Shown: in pieces, positions 1 through 11,990 of the stretch | Layout: each line of letters opens with the position of its first letter | Numbering within the stretch: the stretch's first letter is position 1 | From: Lama glama | Lineage: Eukaryota | Direction of reading: 5' to 3' | Assembly: GCA_028534125.1 (NCBI GenBank) | Contig: CM052816.1 | Span: 96,412,001 to 96,476,000 of the forward strand | Length of the DNA: 64,000 nucleotides | Notes under the pieces: model-generated | Seen by the model: only the letters and a program-made list of their open reading frames with translations | What the model was told of the DNA's origin: nothing | Databases searched by the model: none | Made by a program: the position numbers and the translations under genes

Positions 1-149
1 AGCATAATATCTCATATAAATTCTATAACTAGTATTCCTGATTGACAGAAGCCTCTCCTTCAAGGAGTGACTCCATCATCTTGAGCAAGTGATTTTCAAG
101 GTCCCCACGCTTGGTGATGGAGAGAAAAGAACATAAAGGGTCAAATAAG

Positions 150-285
150 AAAGGTTCCCTTGAGCCATGTCTTACATCTCAGACATCACTCAGACACACA
201 TGGCCTTGGCTGAAATCCAGTCACGTGGCCATACCTAACTGCAGAGGCTGGAGAATGCAGCAGACGGAACTTATACTGACTAGTC
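150..285 (-). mobile_element. MaLR LTR fragment (MLT1J/K-like)
   Basis: 'ttggctgaaatccagtcacgtggccatacctaactgcagaggctggagaatgcag' resembles the reverse complement of the MLT1J/K motif CTACATTTCCCAGCCTCCCTTGCAGCTAGGTGTGGCCATGTGACT. Boundaries approximate. Confidence 0.6.
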
Positions 286-464
286 TCCACATCTCGAGGC
301 TCTATACTTCAATAAAATCAAGTGTTATTATTAGCAGAGGAGTCTAGGCTGAGGTGGAGTGTGAGAGAGTGGAAATTGGAGAGGAAATTTCAGTGAAAAG
401 GTTTAGGGTAAAAGAAAAAGGAGACTGTTCACAAACTGCTGGGAACTGGTAGTCTCAGAAGTAG

Positions 465-832
465 CAGTGGAACATCATTCAACAACAAACGCATGCGCTC
501 TACTGCCAAATGTAGCAGTATGCGTGAATCTCACAAACGCAGTGTTCAGAAAAAGAAACTGAAGTGTACATACCAGCTGATGCTTCTTATACAATGTTCA
601 AAGTCAGCTAGAACTGCTGTGAGACAGCGGGACCTCGGTCAGCAGCCAGCTGCCTTCGGCGCTGTGACTGGTGTAGGGCAGACGACGGGGACTGAGGGGT
701 ACTGGTCACATTCTTCGTCTTGATCTGGGTGCTGGTTCCCTGTATTGTTCATCTTGTGAAAATTCATTGAGGTGCACATTTGTACCATTTTTATATGTCA
801 CATTTCAACAAGACAGCTATTTAAAAATAAAT
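465..832 (+). mobile_element. Old LINE-1 3' end/3'UTR fragment (L1MB/ME-like)
   Basis: Contains 'gaatctcacaaacgcagtgttcagaaaaagaa', 'ttgatctgggtgctggtt' and 'ttgtgaaaattcattgag', and ends in A-rich 'ttaaaaataaa', as in old L1 3'UTRs. Confidence 0.7.
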
Positions 833-1189
833 GGTATACCTGTTCTAAAATTTCTGCTCACAAACCTCAGTAGGGAACTTAGTTAATCATATCCTAGTTA
901 AGAGCTCTCCCTAATTAGGAAATTTTGGCCTCTATTCCTTTTCTCCACATATATGTTCACATCCTATTGAATTTTGCTTATTGCTTTTCCCTAAAAGTGG
1001 AAAATTATTTTATCCCAAAGACAAATCTTTCTAGCAGGTTATTTTTGAATAATCCAATCCAATTCTCTTGAGTATCTTGATGTTCAGAGCAAGCATTTTC
1101 TGGTTTGGATCCATGGAAGTACATTACTCTATTAATAGTCTATCTCAAACAGTACTCTGGGGCCTGTGGAGGAGACAGCTCTCTGGTCA

Positions 1190-1565
1190 GCAAAGACTCC
1201 TGCATCTCTTGCATAATGTAGCTATTTTTGCTGACCCTTTGTAGCTGAATGGGACCACTGATTTCTAGTAAATTGGATGTGAGCCGATTAATTTCTGCTT
1301 CTCCCAGCCCTGACCCTTAACACCTTCCAGACAGACTATCCAGTCTTTCTCTCCCTATCAGCTGGGAGGTTGTCAGGTGCAGGTGCCCGAGGGACTCATG
1401 TGCTGCACGTGGTGGAGATTTCAATGGCATGGACTCCTGAATGCCTGCAAGAAGCTGATCACATCCAATGTGCTTTAAAGGAGCAAGAAATAAATTTCTA
1501 CTGTGCTGGGTCACTGTGGTTTCAGGTTCACCGTTTCTCCTCTGTATGGCTTCCTTGTCTTACTT
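1190..1565 (+). mobile_element. MaLR LTR, degraded (MLT1J/K-like)
   Basis: The 3' motif 'gagcaagaaataaatttctactgtgctgggtcactgtggtttcagg' matches the MLT1 polyA-signal region. 5' boundary uncertain. Confidence 0.5.
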
Positions 1566-2476
1566 GATGGGTTGTAAACAGCTCACTCAGAGTGTTTTAC
1601 CCTGCTTCCTTGTAGGACCTTTGGCTGACACAGCCCAGGACTTCCATTCTCCACACCACACCAGCAAAGTGGTCTGTCTGTTCCTGAGTCAGCCATTACA
1701 ATCTGCAGTCATGTTCAGATCTGCCCAATTAGTCAGTCCTTTATTATCCTGCTTTGTAAGGGGAACAAATGAACCCACCTGTGTGGAGGGAACCTCTGCA
1801 GTTCAGCTTTTAGCCCTGGTTTGCTGCTGCTGCTTCGCACGTGCTTCTGAATGCAGCGTCAGTCAGAGGTGGAAGACGGATGGGTATCCATTCTCAGAGA
1901 GGGAATTAGCCTCCGAGTGGTTCCACGATCCAGAGCGATCCTGGTAATTAAAAATCTGCCTGCACATGCAACCTGCATGTGGGATGCCCCTGTTAAACGG
2001 TGTCTTCTGCGGTGGGGAAGTGTGTAGCTGTCATAAGTGAAGACTGACACGGCCCGCTCGCGGGCATGCTGCTTGTCAAGTCGGCAGGTCATTGCTATGC
2101 CTTTCAGCCTAGCTCCAGGCCTGGGGGTGGGGGACTTTCATGGATAGGGGGTGATTTTATTTCTCTTCTCATTAAATTGGATCCCACATGACCACTGAAC
2201 TGTGTGATAAAACAAAGCTGCCTCTCCTGACCCCAATTTGTTTCAGACTTCTTTAAAAGAAGAAGGATTCTTACAGGACAATAAAATAGTTCCAAATTTA
2301 ACTTTGTATTTTCTCTCAGCGAGCAAGATCTAGCAAGATGAATGTCCCCAAACTTTCTGTTGTGCTCTTTTATTGAGGGAAACAGGCATGGATTGTGCCC
2401 CACAATTAATTCTACATCTGTACACGTCATGTGACTAGAGAACATTTCCAGCTCCCTGAAGGCCCCCAGGTGCCCC

Positions 2477-3089
2477 TGTTGGGGTCGAGAGGTTCTTGTC
2501 TTGTTGCAGAAAGAATTCAAAGAAAAGATGCAGAGGTTAAGAAAACAAAGCAAGGATTTATTAAGGGGTAGGTCGTACGCTCTCCAGGGAAGAGCTGGCA
2601 GACCCAGGTGGGGGGCTGCCCAGACTTCCTTAGCAAGCTCGTTACATGAGTGTGAAAATGAACGGGCAGAGTATTCATTGGTGGGGAGGGGTTTGAGGTC
2701 GTCTTTCCTGATCTTCGTCCCGGCTCCAGCTTCCCAGGTGGAAAGGAGGGAATTTTCATCCTTATTTAGTCTTGATCGGGAAGTTGGATGAGGTCACAAT
2801 GAACAAAAGGTTACATCTGGATGGTGAGATACCATAAGCAGAAGGCTACATTCGGACAGAGGGCATAATGATTGAAATGTTACATTCAGATGGGGATTCC
2901 TGTCCTGTCCCGCCCTTCTGCCTCCAGGACACTTATCAACCCAGAAGGTATGGTTTTTTATTAGTCCAGAGGATCCTGTTTCTCTTGGTCTGTCCCAGGA
3001 CCCCTGTTGTTTCCAAGATGTATGGTTTTCTGCCATTTGCCCATGTCCCCTTTTCTCCGCTCATATCTAGCTATCTGCCTGCTCCAACA
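2477..3089 (-). mobile_element. ERV1-class solo LTR, 613 bp, intact ends
   Basis: Terminal inverted repeats tgttgg(2477)...ccaaca(3089). 4-bp TSD cccc at 2473-2476 and 3090-3093. Minus-strand AATAAA (tttatt ~2557) lies about 80 nt from the end, and CpGs are partly retained. Confidence 0.85.
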
Positions 3090-3838
3090 CCCCTTCCTAC
3101 TCTGTACCCTCCTGGTATGTTGACTTCTATCGCTGCAGATAAATCCAAACCAGTTTCTTAATATCCATTCAACATCCCTCTCAGGTTTTCCTGTATCTCT
3201 GCTCAAGGCTTGAATAAAAGAGTACTAAGTCATTTCTCCTCATTATTCAGTGCTCATATCTTAGTTTCTTCCTTTATGGTTTCCTTTGGTTTTATAGGCA
3301 TTAAACATGCTTTTGCAATTTTAAAGGGAGACTATTTAAAATTAAGAAAAATTTTAAAGGGCGACACCCGCCCCCTGCCACCACCAAAGGGCATGTATAA
3401 GAGATGATCAGAATAAGGCTAAAGGCTGTTTAATTTGTTAGAAGCCCACAAGTGTCCCAGGCTCTCAGGGCCTCTGAGTGGGGCTGTGCTGATCCCACGC
3501 CCCACTGTTCTTGGTATAACCCGGGTCGGAGGTGAGCCACAACTATAGTGATGACCTCCTAGGACCCTTAACCTGTCACTGACTGAACTGTGAATTCAGG
3601 AATCATGATTTTAAAAGTTCACAATTCCTGCAGCCTCATGGCTAAAACGAAGCCACGTGTGGCTTCACCCATTTTGCTCCTAATCCCCATGTAATGCCTT
3701 TTAGCTCTGTCATAAGTCCTGAAACAAAGCAGTGTAAGGGGCCAGTTTGGTAGTCCTTTTTGAAAATTATTTGGACTATTCTAATTTATATGCATTTCTT
3801 ACATACATTTTAGAAATAGTGTGTCAAATTCCCCTAGA

Positions 3839-3938
3839 NNNNNNNNNNNNNNNNNNNNNNNNNNNNNNNNNNNNNNNNNNNNNNNNNNNNNNNNNNNNNN
3901 NNNNNNNNNNNNNNNNNNNNNNNNNNNNNNNNNNNNNN
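3839..3938. other. Assembly gap (100 N)
   Basis: Run of 100 n, a size commonly used as a placeholder for gaps of unknown length. Confidence 0.99.
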
Positions 3939-4332
3939 CCGCACCCTTGGCAACCACAAGTTTGTATTCTATGTCTATGAGTCTGTTTCTGTTTTGTATT
4001 TATGCTTTGTTTTTTCTCAGATTCCACATGTGAGCGATCTCATATGGTATTTTTCTTTCTCTTTCTGGCTTACTTCACTTAGAATGATATTCTCCAGGAA
4101 CATCCATGTTGCTACAAATGGCGTTATGTGGTCAGTTTTTATGGCTGAATAGAATTCCACTGTATAAATATACCACATCTTCTTTATCCAGTCATCTGTT
4201 AATGGACATTTAGGCTGTTTCCATGTCTTGACTGTTGTAAACAGTGCTGCTATGAACACTGGGGTGCAGGTGTCACTTTGAAGTAGGGTTCCTTCTGGAT
4301 ACATGCCCAGGAGTGGGATTCCTGGGTCATAT
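3939..4332 (-). mobile_element. Young lineage-specific L1, ORF2 C-terminus plus start of 3'UTR, 5'-truncated; tail lost in the gap
   Basis: ORF 4017-4304(-) 'DTCTPVFIAALFTTVKTWKQPKCPLTDDWIKKMWYIYTVEFYSAIK' is the L1 ORF2p C-terminus. Confidence 0.95.
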
Positions 4333-5446
4333 ATTCAGGATTCTTGTTTCATGTTTTTGATGTAATTATGTATGATTTTGCTTTAATTTCTTTTTCCAAC
4401 TGTTCATTTGTATCTCTCTGTATATATAACAACTTATTTTGTATATTACACATTTATTTTGTATGCTGACTTTGTATCCTGTTTCCACGCTATCATCACT
4501 TATAACTCTGCAAGCTTTTATGCAAATTTCTTAGGCTATTCCATGTGATAATTCTATGTCGTCTCTGAATGAAGACAATTTTATTTCCTCCTTTTCATTC
4601 GGCATTTTAAAAATGCATTATTTCAATGTCTGGGATCTTCAACAAAATGTTTAACAGAGCTGATGGGAGCAGACACACTTGGCTTATTCCCAAACTCAGA
4701 AAGCGAGGATTTATTCTCTCACAATTCTGTATTATGGTAGGTGTAAGGGTCTTCTGTTGTTATTGTTTCTATATGACCTCTTTTAAAGTTGAAATAGTTC
4801 CCCTTTAACTCTCATTTTCTGAGGGAGTTTTTAAAATTATTTTTCTGCCTCTATTGAGAGACTATATAGATTTTCTTTTATATTTTCTCAATATGAAGAA
4901 TTTAAGTAATTGATTTCCAAATTTTAAATCAACTTCATATTCCTGGGAATAGCTTCATTTGGCCATCATGTATTAAGCTTTTTATATATTTCTGTATTTG
5001 TTTTGCTAAATAACATTTGTAATGAATTTTGCATACATGTTTTTGAAAGTCATAGTTTTACTTACATTATCTTTGGTTTTGAAACAGAGCAATACTGCCC
5101 TTATAAAAGGATTTATAAAATATTTTATCTTTTTATTTTTTAAAAATTGAGTAATATTGGTATTTTTTCTTGAATATTTGCTAGAATTCACTAGTAAGAC
5201 CATTCTGGAAATGCTGTGCAATTGTAAAAAGACTTTTAGTTACAACTTCCATTCTTTAGTAGATATAGTACTATTCAAATATTCTACTTCTTTTTGTGTC
5301 AGTTTAATTTGTATCTTTGGAGAAGTGTATCTATTTATTTATCAGTTGCCTATTTTTGGCATAAATCTGTTCATAATATTACCTCACGTCTCTCTAATGT
5401 TAACAGAATCTCTAATATGTTCCTTTTTTTTATGTCTGAGGGTGAT

Positions 5447-5822
5447 TGATATGGACTGAATTGTATTTCTCCCAAATTCATATGTTGAAATCGTAACCCC
5501 CAAGATGACTATATTTGGGAATAGGGCCTATGTGTGGGTAATCAAGGTTAAAAGAAGTCATAAGAGTGGGGTCCTAACCCCATAGGACTTGTGTCCTTAA
5601 AAGAAGAGGAAGAGGGACCAGAGATCTCCCTCCTTCCGCACACATGGAGGAAAGGCCATGTGAAGACAGAGAGAAGCTGGCTGCCTGCCTCACCACAAAC
5701 CGACCCTGGAGGCACCTTGATCTTGGACTTCTGGCCTCCAGGGCTGTGAGAAAACACATTTCTGTTGGTCAAGCCACCCAGCCTGGGGCATTTTGTTACA
5801 GCAGCCTGAGCAGACTAATACA
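5447..5822 (+). mobile_element. MaLR solo LTR (MLT1A/MLT1A0-like), full length
   Basis: Starts tgatatggactgaattg and ends gcagcctgagcagactaataca. 5-bp TSD gtgat/gtggt with 1 mismatch. Confidence 0.92.
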
Positions 5823-6436
5823 GTGGTTGTATTTGTTGTTGTTTTCTTGTTTTGCTTCTTTAGTGTAACTAGAGTTTTAGGTTTTGTTGCCGTATTGTAA
5901 GACCCAGCTTTTGGCTTTACTGTTTTTCTCTGTTGTGTCTGTTTTATGTTTCATTGTTTTAGTTCTATTATTTCCTTCCTTCTGCCTGTTTTGGTTAAAC
6001 TTGCTCTTCTTTCTCTGTCTTCGTAAGGTGGCAGTGAATGTCACTGGTTGTGAACCTTTCACGTTTGATGTACTTTCTGATACTTTGGGTTTGCATGTAC
6101 TTAATGTGCTTCCTGTTTATACTGCATATTTATGTTTCAGTTTTTCCTGTCTTCTTTGAGAGTAAGTGATTAATTCGTAATTGATTTTTGTCTCCATTTT
6201 TCGACTATTTGCTAAATCTGTTTCACTTATGTATTTTTAATGGCTGTTCTAAGATTTACAGTTTACATATTGTCATAGGCTACTTCCACATTATGCCATT
6301 TTGAGTGCAGTGTGAGAGCCATACAGATCTTACTTTTGTATCCTTCCTTCCAGCCTCAATGCTAATGTTTTCGTACATTTTACTTCTACCTGTGTTATAA
6401 GCTTCAGAGTGCATGGTTATTATTTTTCATTTAAAG

Positions 6437-6958
6437 AAGTGATTCTCTTTAGGATAGCCTAGGGTCTCCTGTGGTTCACAAGATCCTTTCAAAACATTTA
6501 TGAGTTTAAAATCATTTTCATAAAGATAAAACAGTATTTGCTTTTCTTCATTTTCATTCTTTCATACAGAGAATTTTCCAGAGGGTGCATTATATGTGAT
6601 ATTACAACAGAATGAATGTGAAAGCAAATCTGGATACTTTAGCTTTTATTAAGGTAGGTATTAAAGAGATTTGCAAAAATGTAAAATAATGCCTTCCTGC
6701 AACTAATTTTCCTTCTCTTTTGGAAAATGTAGTTATTTTTCTTATAAAAATATTTTTTTGTTACTGTAGCTTGGGATTATTATTAATATTTTAAAACAAT
6801 TTAATAAACATGTTCTTTAATATCCATTAATAAATATATGTCCTAATTTTAATTTCTTATATGGAAGAAGATTGGTAGGTATAGCAAAACTCTCTGAGGT
6901 TCCCAGCAATTTTTAAGATTGTAAAGATGTTCTGAGATAAAAATTTTTAAAATTGATT
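6437..6958. mobile_element. hAT DNA transposon, Charlie1b-like, near full length
   Basis: Colinear with the recalled Charlie1 sequence: 'ttttccagagg..tgtgatattacaacagaatgaatg', 'attaaagagatttgcaaaaatgtaaaa', 'ttttggaaaatgtagttattttt' and 'aatttttaagattgtaaagatgttctgaga'. Confidence 0.85.
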
Positions 6959-9039
6959 TTTTAAATTGCTGATTATCTTCTAAATAAATAAAAAAACTTC
7001 TTATTTGCTCCCTGTTTATCCTTTCTAGGACTCTCCATTCCTTTAGGTAGATATAAGTTTCCATGAAATATTATCATCCTTTAACCTGAAAAAATTTCTT
7101 TGACATAGGTTGTAGAGAAAGTCTGTTTTGCAAAAAAAAAAAAAAGTCTCTGTTTGTTTGACTAAACATGTCTTCATTTGCCTTTAGGATGAACATTTAA
7201 CTAGATACAAGTTTCTAGGCTGGCACCTCCTCTCCTGGAATTCAGGGTGCTCATTGAGTCGTGCTCCCCACACCCATTTCCAGCTGTTGGGAAAGGTTAT
7301 TTGAGAAGGTCAGCGTGAACTGCATGTTAAGGAAAGAAGACAGTTAGAATGAGAGGACAGGTAAAAAGTATTAGCTCTATGTTTAACTTAATGCGAAAGC
7401 TGCCTTTTTTACCCATCACGCTCCATCATCAGAAGCTAGGGTATTTCCTGTTGTGATGAATTATGAAGTTTATAATTTTCACCTAACCTCAAATTTTTAA
7501 TCTTTTGCTCAACTGTTCAAGGGAATATCAGTTGAATTAAAAAATTTACCTTTGGTCAGTGGTATTGTGTATTTTTGAGAAAAATATAAAGAAGCAGTTG
7601 ACCTTTCTAGTTTTTCTCCCTCTAGTACTTACCCTGCTAAAGTGATATCAGAAGAAACCTTCCTAGAAAAAGTCAATTTTTTATAGAACTTCACATTATT
7701 CCTATACGGTTGGCATTTGAACACAGATATTTTCTTAACAATTTTAAAGGACACTGATCTTTTCTCCTTTGATAATGACAACTTTGAACTTATTCTATAA
7801 AAACTCCAGAACTTACAGAAGAAAAAGGACAAATCCATGCGTTGAAAGGAGTGGCGGCTATTTCTTACCATCAAATACCAGCCCCAAATGATGAGAAACA
7901 ATTAATAAAAGACCTTAAAAATACATGAGTGTTCAATGATGTTTATATGCGTCCACCTATTAGATGAAGCAACGCCCTGAAGGAGAGACGGAAAATCAGT
8001 ATAAATAGAAAAATATTCTAACAGATCTCAGGTCCTTTTCAGCTCTGCGTTCTGTGATTTCCTGGTGACCGCTGTCCACCACCGACGTGAGTATTCCTCG
8101 CAGGGCTGTGGCATAAACCAGCTGTCCGGTGAGTACCTGACAGTTAGCTTTTTGGATTGTAATGTAAGCGCCTGACATTTAAGTTTCTGATTGCTGAGGC
8201 ATGCACTTCAAAGGCACCCGTGTTGAACAAACACGTTGCAAGCTCTTCACCTACATGGAGAGCCAGGCTGCCCCACCCTTGACGTTCCCCTTTGTAGAAA
8301 GCACTGGGAGATCTGTTTGCTTGCTTTACCCTTGCAGGGCTTTAATTCTCACTCTTACTTTTAAAATTCACCAATAAAGAGTGAACCCATGGAACACTAG
8401 GCACCAGTAAAGGCAGAGCCCCAGGTTTCCCCCTACCTCGCCGTGTGGCCCCAGGTATGCTGTGTATCCCACTGAACTTGTGTGTAGTAAAAGTTGTTAT
8501 TTCAAAGTTCCCAGAGGATTTTGGCAAAGATGCAACTTGCAGTTATAATGAGAAGCACAGGGCTGGTCCAGCCATGACATTGCCTTGGTAGGGAAATGCC
8601 TGTGGGGACTGCCACAGGTAGCACGGGTCCAGCCCCCGGAGAAAGCATCACTATCACAGGCTGGGGCGGAGCCAGAAGCCGGTGCGGTCTGGACTCCCTC
8701 TGCCCTTTGCTGCCTGGGCAGATGAGACATGCTGAGCACACACACATCCCAGCCCCGCAGGGCTTCTCACTTACCCCAGCGCCCGCCGCTTCCCCAAAGC
8801 CCGCCTTCGCCCCAGTGTCTTCTCTCTGCCTCTCCAAGTCCTACTCAACTTTCAGGGCCCAGCAGTGACTTCATCACTCGTGAAACCTTCCGGCAGACTG
8901 AGATGGAATTAGCGCCCTTTTCTCTGCGACACAAGGTTAGTTTCATGTCAATGTGACGGCGCTTGGGGTGGCTGTTGACTTGTCTGTGCTCTTCCTGGGC
9001 TGTGCAAAGGGGTTGCTCTCGGACACTGTCACTGAACCA

Positions 9040-9445
9040 GGACCTTACCCCCCCCCCCCCGCAAAACGCGCCGCAGGCCGAGTGCTGAGAAGCCGAGGTT
9101 CCCAGCGGGCAGAGTGTATTCACCAGGCAGCCAAGTGCGGAGCTGCCTCCCTGAGGGAGAGGGGCTGGGTGTTTATGGGGTAAGCAGGGTGGTCTCAGGC
9201 GTGGGGAGCGGTGACTGGAAGTAAGAACAGGGGCGGTATCAGTGCCGTGTGCGTGTGCGTCTGTGTTACACGCTGGTGCGTGTTCAACAGGGAGGCACTT
9301 GGCACGATCCGAGGGCGGGATTTCCCAGTCCTCTGCTGTCGACAGCACAGTCATTGGACATCTGTGCAGGCCCGGGTTTAGGGTCGGCGGTCCCAACCAG
9401 CCCCAGCCGGCTTGCACTGGACAGGAGCTGAGTCCGAATTCCTGT
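9040..9445. promoter_or_regulatory. CpG-island-like segment (within a GC-rich domain ~8600-9810)
   Basis: Roughly 27 CpGs in ~400 bp by manual count, against a CpG-depleted background. Contains GC boxes ggggcgg (~9230) and gagggcggga (9311), and a C13 run at 9048-9060. Not recognisably repeat-derived. Confidence 0.5.
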
Positions 9446-11639
9446 AACACAACTGGGCTGCATGAAGCTGGGAAGGTATGCGATTAAGAAAAAAAGAAAA
9501 AGAAAGAAGGAGCTTAATCAATGAAGTCAGTCTAAGAGCAAAGGGGTTTTAACAACCTGTTCCCTTACCTGTTGTTCCTTAAGACAAGCTTAAGGATGTC
9601 TACCGGTTACCAGCTTCTGTTAACTCTGAGAGGCATGGTTCCAATCCTACTAGTACTTGAAGCTGGTAGAACACAGGGTTTACTAGGAAGACTGAGGAGC
9701 TGAGAAGCAGAAGGGCACGAGTTTCCCTGGACTAACTCACACCTTTGCCTCCACGCCCCGGAGCCGGCCTGCCAGCGGCCCAGCATCCCTGCTCCGCTGA
9801 CGCCCCACATTTAGGGTCAGGGCACAGGCAACAGCTGTGCAACTATTACTGATGGACACGCCCTGGTTTGAGAATTTCTTTGCTAGGAAAGGTGAGCAGT
9901 GACTGGCATCAGCCTCTTCTTCTATTGAAATAATGCTGACCAGCTAAGTCACTCTCTGCTGAGCTCCAGGGAAACGAGAACATGAGCCTCGAGGGACATC
10001 CAGATTTGCCACCTTGAAAAACAAGCCTTGGCCTTGTTTGTTTTTATATCCTCGGTTTTAGCACAGAGGCACACAATAAACACCCATGATGAAGTGGGTG
10101 GACGTCAGTATCCAAATGTCATCACACTCTGCTGCTGCGGACAGGAGAACTGGCAAGTCACACAACACATGAGCTGTTGTTTGAAGTCTGTGAAAAAAAA
10201 AAAACTGTGACACAAGCTTTCATTAGAATGTTCAACATGTTCCTGTTTGAACAACCACTCAGTGGGCGGGTGGCATCAAGCCGTCCCCTGCAGGGGTGAG
10301 GCCCCCCATCCAGCTGTCCTCGGGCTGAGAAGTATCCGTACACTTCAGCTTCCCACGTCTGGCCAGTATCCCTCATTGGCTCTGTCGGCCACCTTGTATT
10401 GCACATTATTGCCTCAAACTTAATAGCCTCACCGATTGTCACTCTGTTATTTTATGTTGTACTTATGCCTGAAAGATTCTATGGGAATATCCAAAATAGA
10501 TAATTTTGAATTCTATTTTACTGTGTATTTCTACAAAGCAAGTACACACTGTTGAGTGTGTTGAAAGAGAAAGATGCACTTCTAAGTATCAGACAAGTTA
10601 TAGGACCTGCTTTGACTCTGGCAGGAAGCAGTATTTTAGCATCTTCAGCACAAGAAGGAGAAGAGTTTTGCTGAACGTGTTTGCTGCTGCCAGTGTTCTT
10701 ATTCCAATGTTGGAGAGCTGTTTGGTATTTCACTGCCCTATTTTAGAATGCATAAATCAAAAGCAAAGACACAACGAACTACATTTAAAAATGACAGGAA
10801 CACTGGGCAGAGTACGCTGGTGTTTTCAAATTCAAATTAGTCCAGCATGGTACCAGCCATGAGGAGAGCCTGCCTTCCACCTTCACAACCAGTGATCTAT
10901 TCACTGCAGTGTCTGAAGTGCAGCAAATACGTCACTGATGTTTAATTAAGAATAATTCCTCCTGTCTCCATCTTAGTTTACTCATCATTCCTATATTTTC
11001 AAAGGCTCAGGTGGAAGTTCCTTCTAGAGAATAAATATCTTCATTAGTGATGTGTCTTTATTAGCAAGCAGCTGTACTAAATGAACCTGGATATTTCCGT
11101 TTTTCATGTAATTTTGTACATATGATCCCAGCTGAAGGCCATCTACCTAATTCATTGCCACACATATAAGCTAATGACAGAGCTCAGGTATGGAATGTTA
11201 AACTCAGCAATATTAAATCTCAAAGCGGTAAATTCACTTCCTATGCATCTTCTCTTGCAAGTTCTTTAGCTGTAGTTTGAAGTTGAAATCGTTAACCACT
11301 GAATTGCAAAAATGCTCCCATTGCTTCATGGATGATTGTCACTTAGAGTCAAATTTAAAAAAAAATGTAATTGTTAATTTTCAGCCTCAGAATCAGAAAT
11401 CTCTGAATCACATTAACATTTGCAAGTCACATTCGGCAAATTCAAGAAATGGACAAATGAAGTCATAAACTTGTTTTATAATTGTCACACATGAAAAATG
11501 ATCTCTTTTTTTGGTAAGTCAAACAGGTTGCTCTATCGGGATTATCAAGATCACCACACATTTGACTTAGTCACTCTCAGTGAGGCACAAAGCATTTAAA
11601 AAGTTCCCATGAAGGGTTCAGAATTTGGGATACATCATA

Positions 11640-11990
11640 TCCGTCAGAAAAACTATGTTGTGCTGCAGTAACAAACATCTGCAAAAATCTCAGTGGTTTA
11701 AACAGTTAAGATTTGTTTCCTGATTTATCCAATGTGGGTTGGCAAAGATCTTTTGCCCATGATAATTATTCAATATTCAGACTCACAAAACTTCATCTCA
11801 GCCCAAGTTATCCTAGTTGCATAACACAGGAATAGGAATGTGTTAAAGCATGCCCTGCCTCTGAAAGATTCTGCTTGCAGTCAAGCATATCATTTCCATT
11901 CACATTTCAATGGCTAAATCAGCTCACATGCCATCCCACCTTTAAACAGAGAAATGAAGTTCAGCCTTGACATGTACAGACACATGTTTG
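11640..11990 (-). mobile_element. MaLR LTR (MLT1K/L-like)
   Basis: 'tatgttgtgctgcagtaacaaacatctgcaaaaatctcagtggtttaaac' and 'ttcacatttcaatggctaaatcagctcacatg'. Confidence 0.75.

Larger units (their letters stand above)
4340..7225 (-). mobile_element. Ancient L1 (L1M4/L1ME-like) ORF2/ORF1 fragments, interrupted by MLT1A and Charlie1
   Basis: T-rich antisense L1 motifs: 'gactttgtatcctg', 'tctgaatgaagacaattttatttcctcc', 'ttctgcctctattgagag', 'tagaattcactagtaagaccat' and 'tgtcttcatttgcctt'. Confidence 0.75.

Noticed and set aside
8845..9450. 201-aa minus-strand ORF
   Set aside because: It lies in GC-rich sequence where stops are rare, its start codon is not ATG, and no homologue is recognisable.
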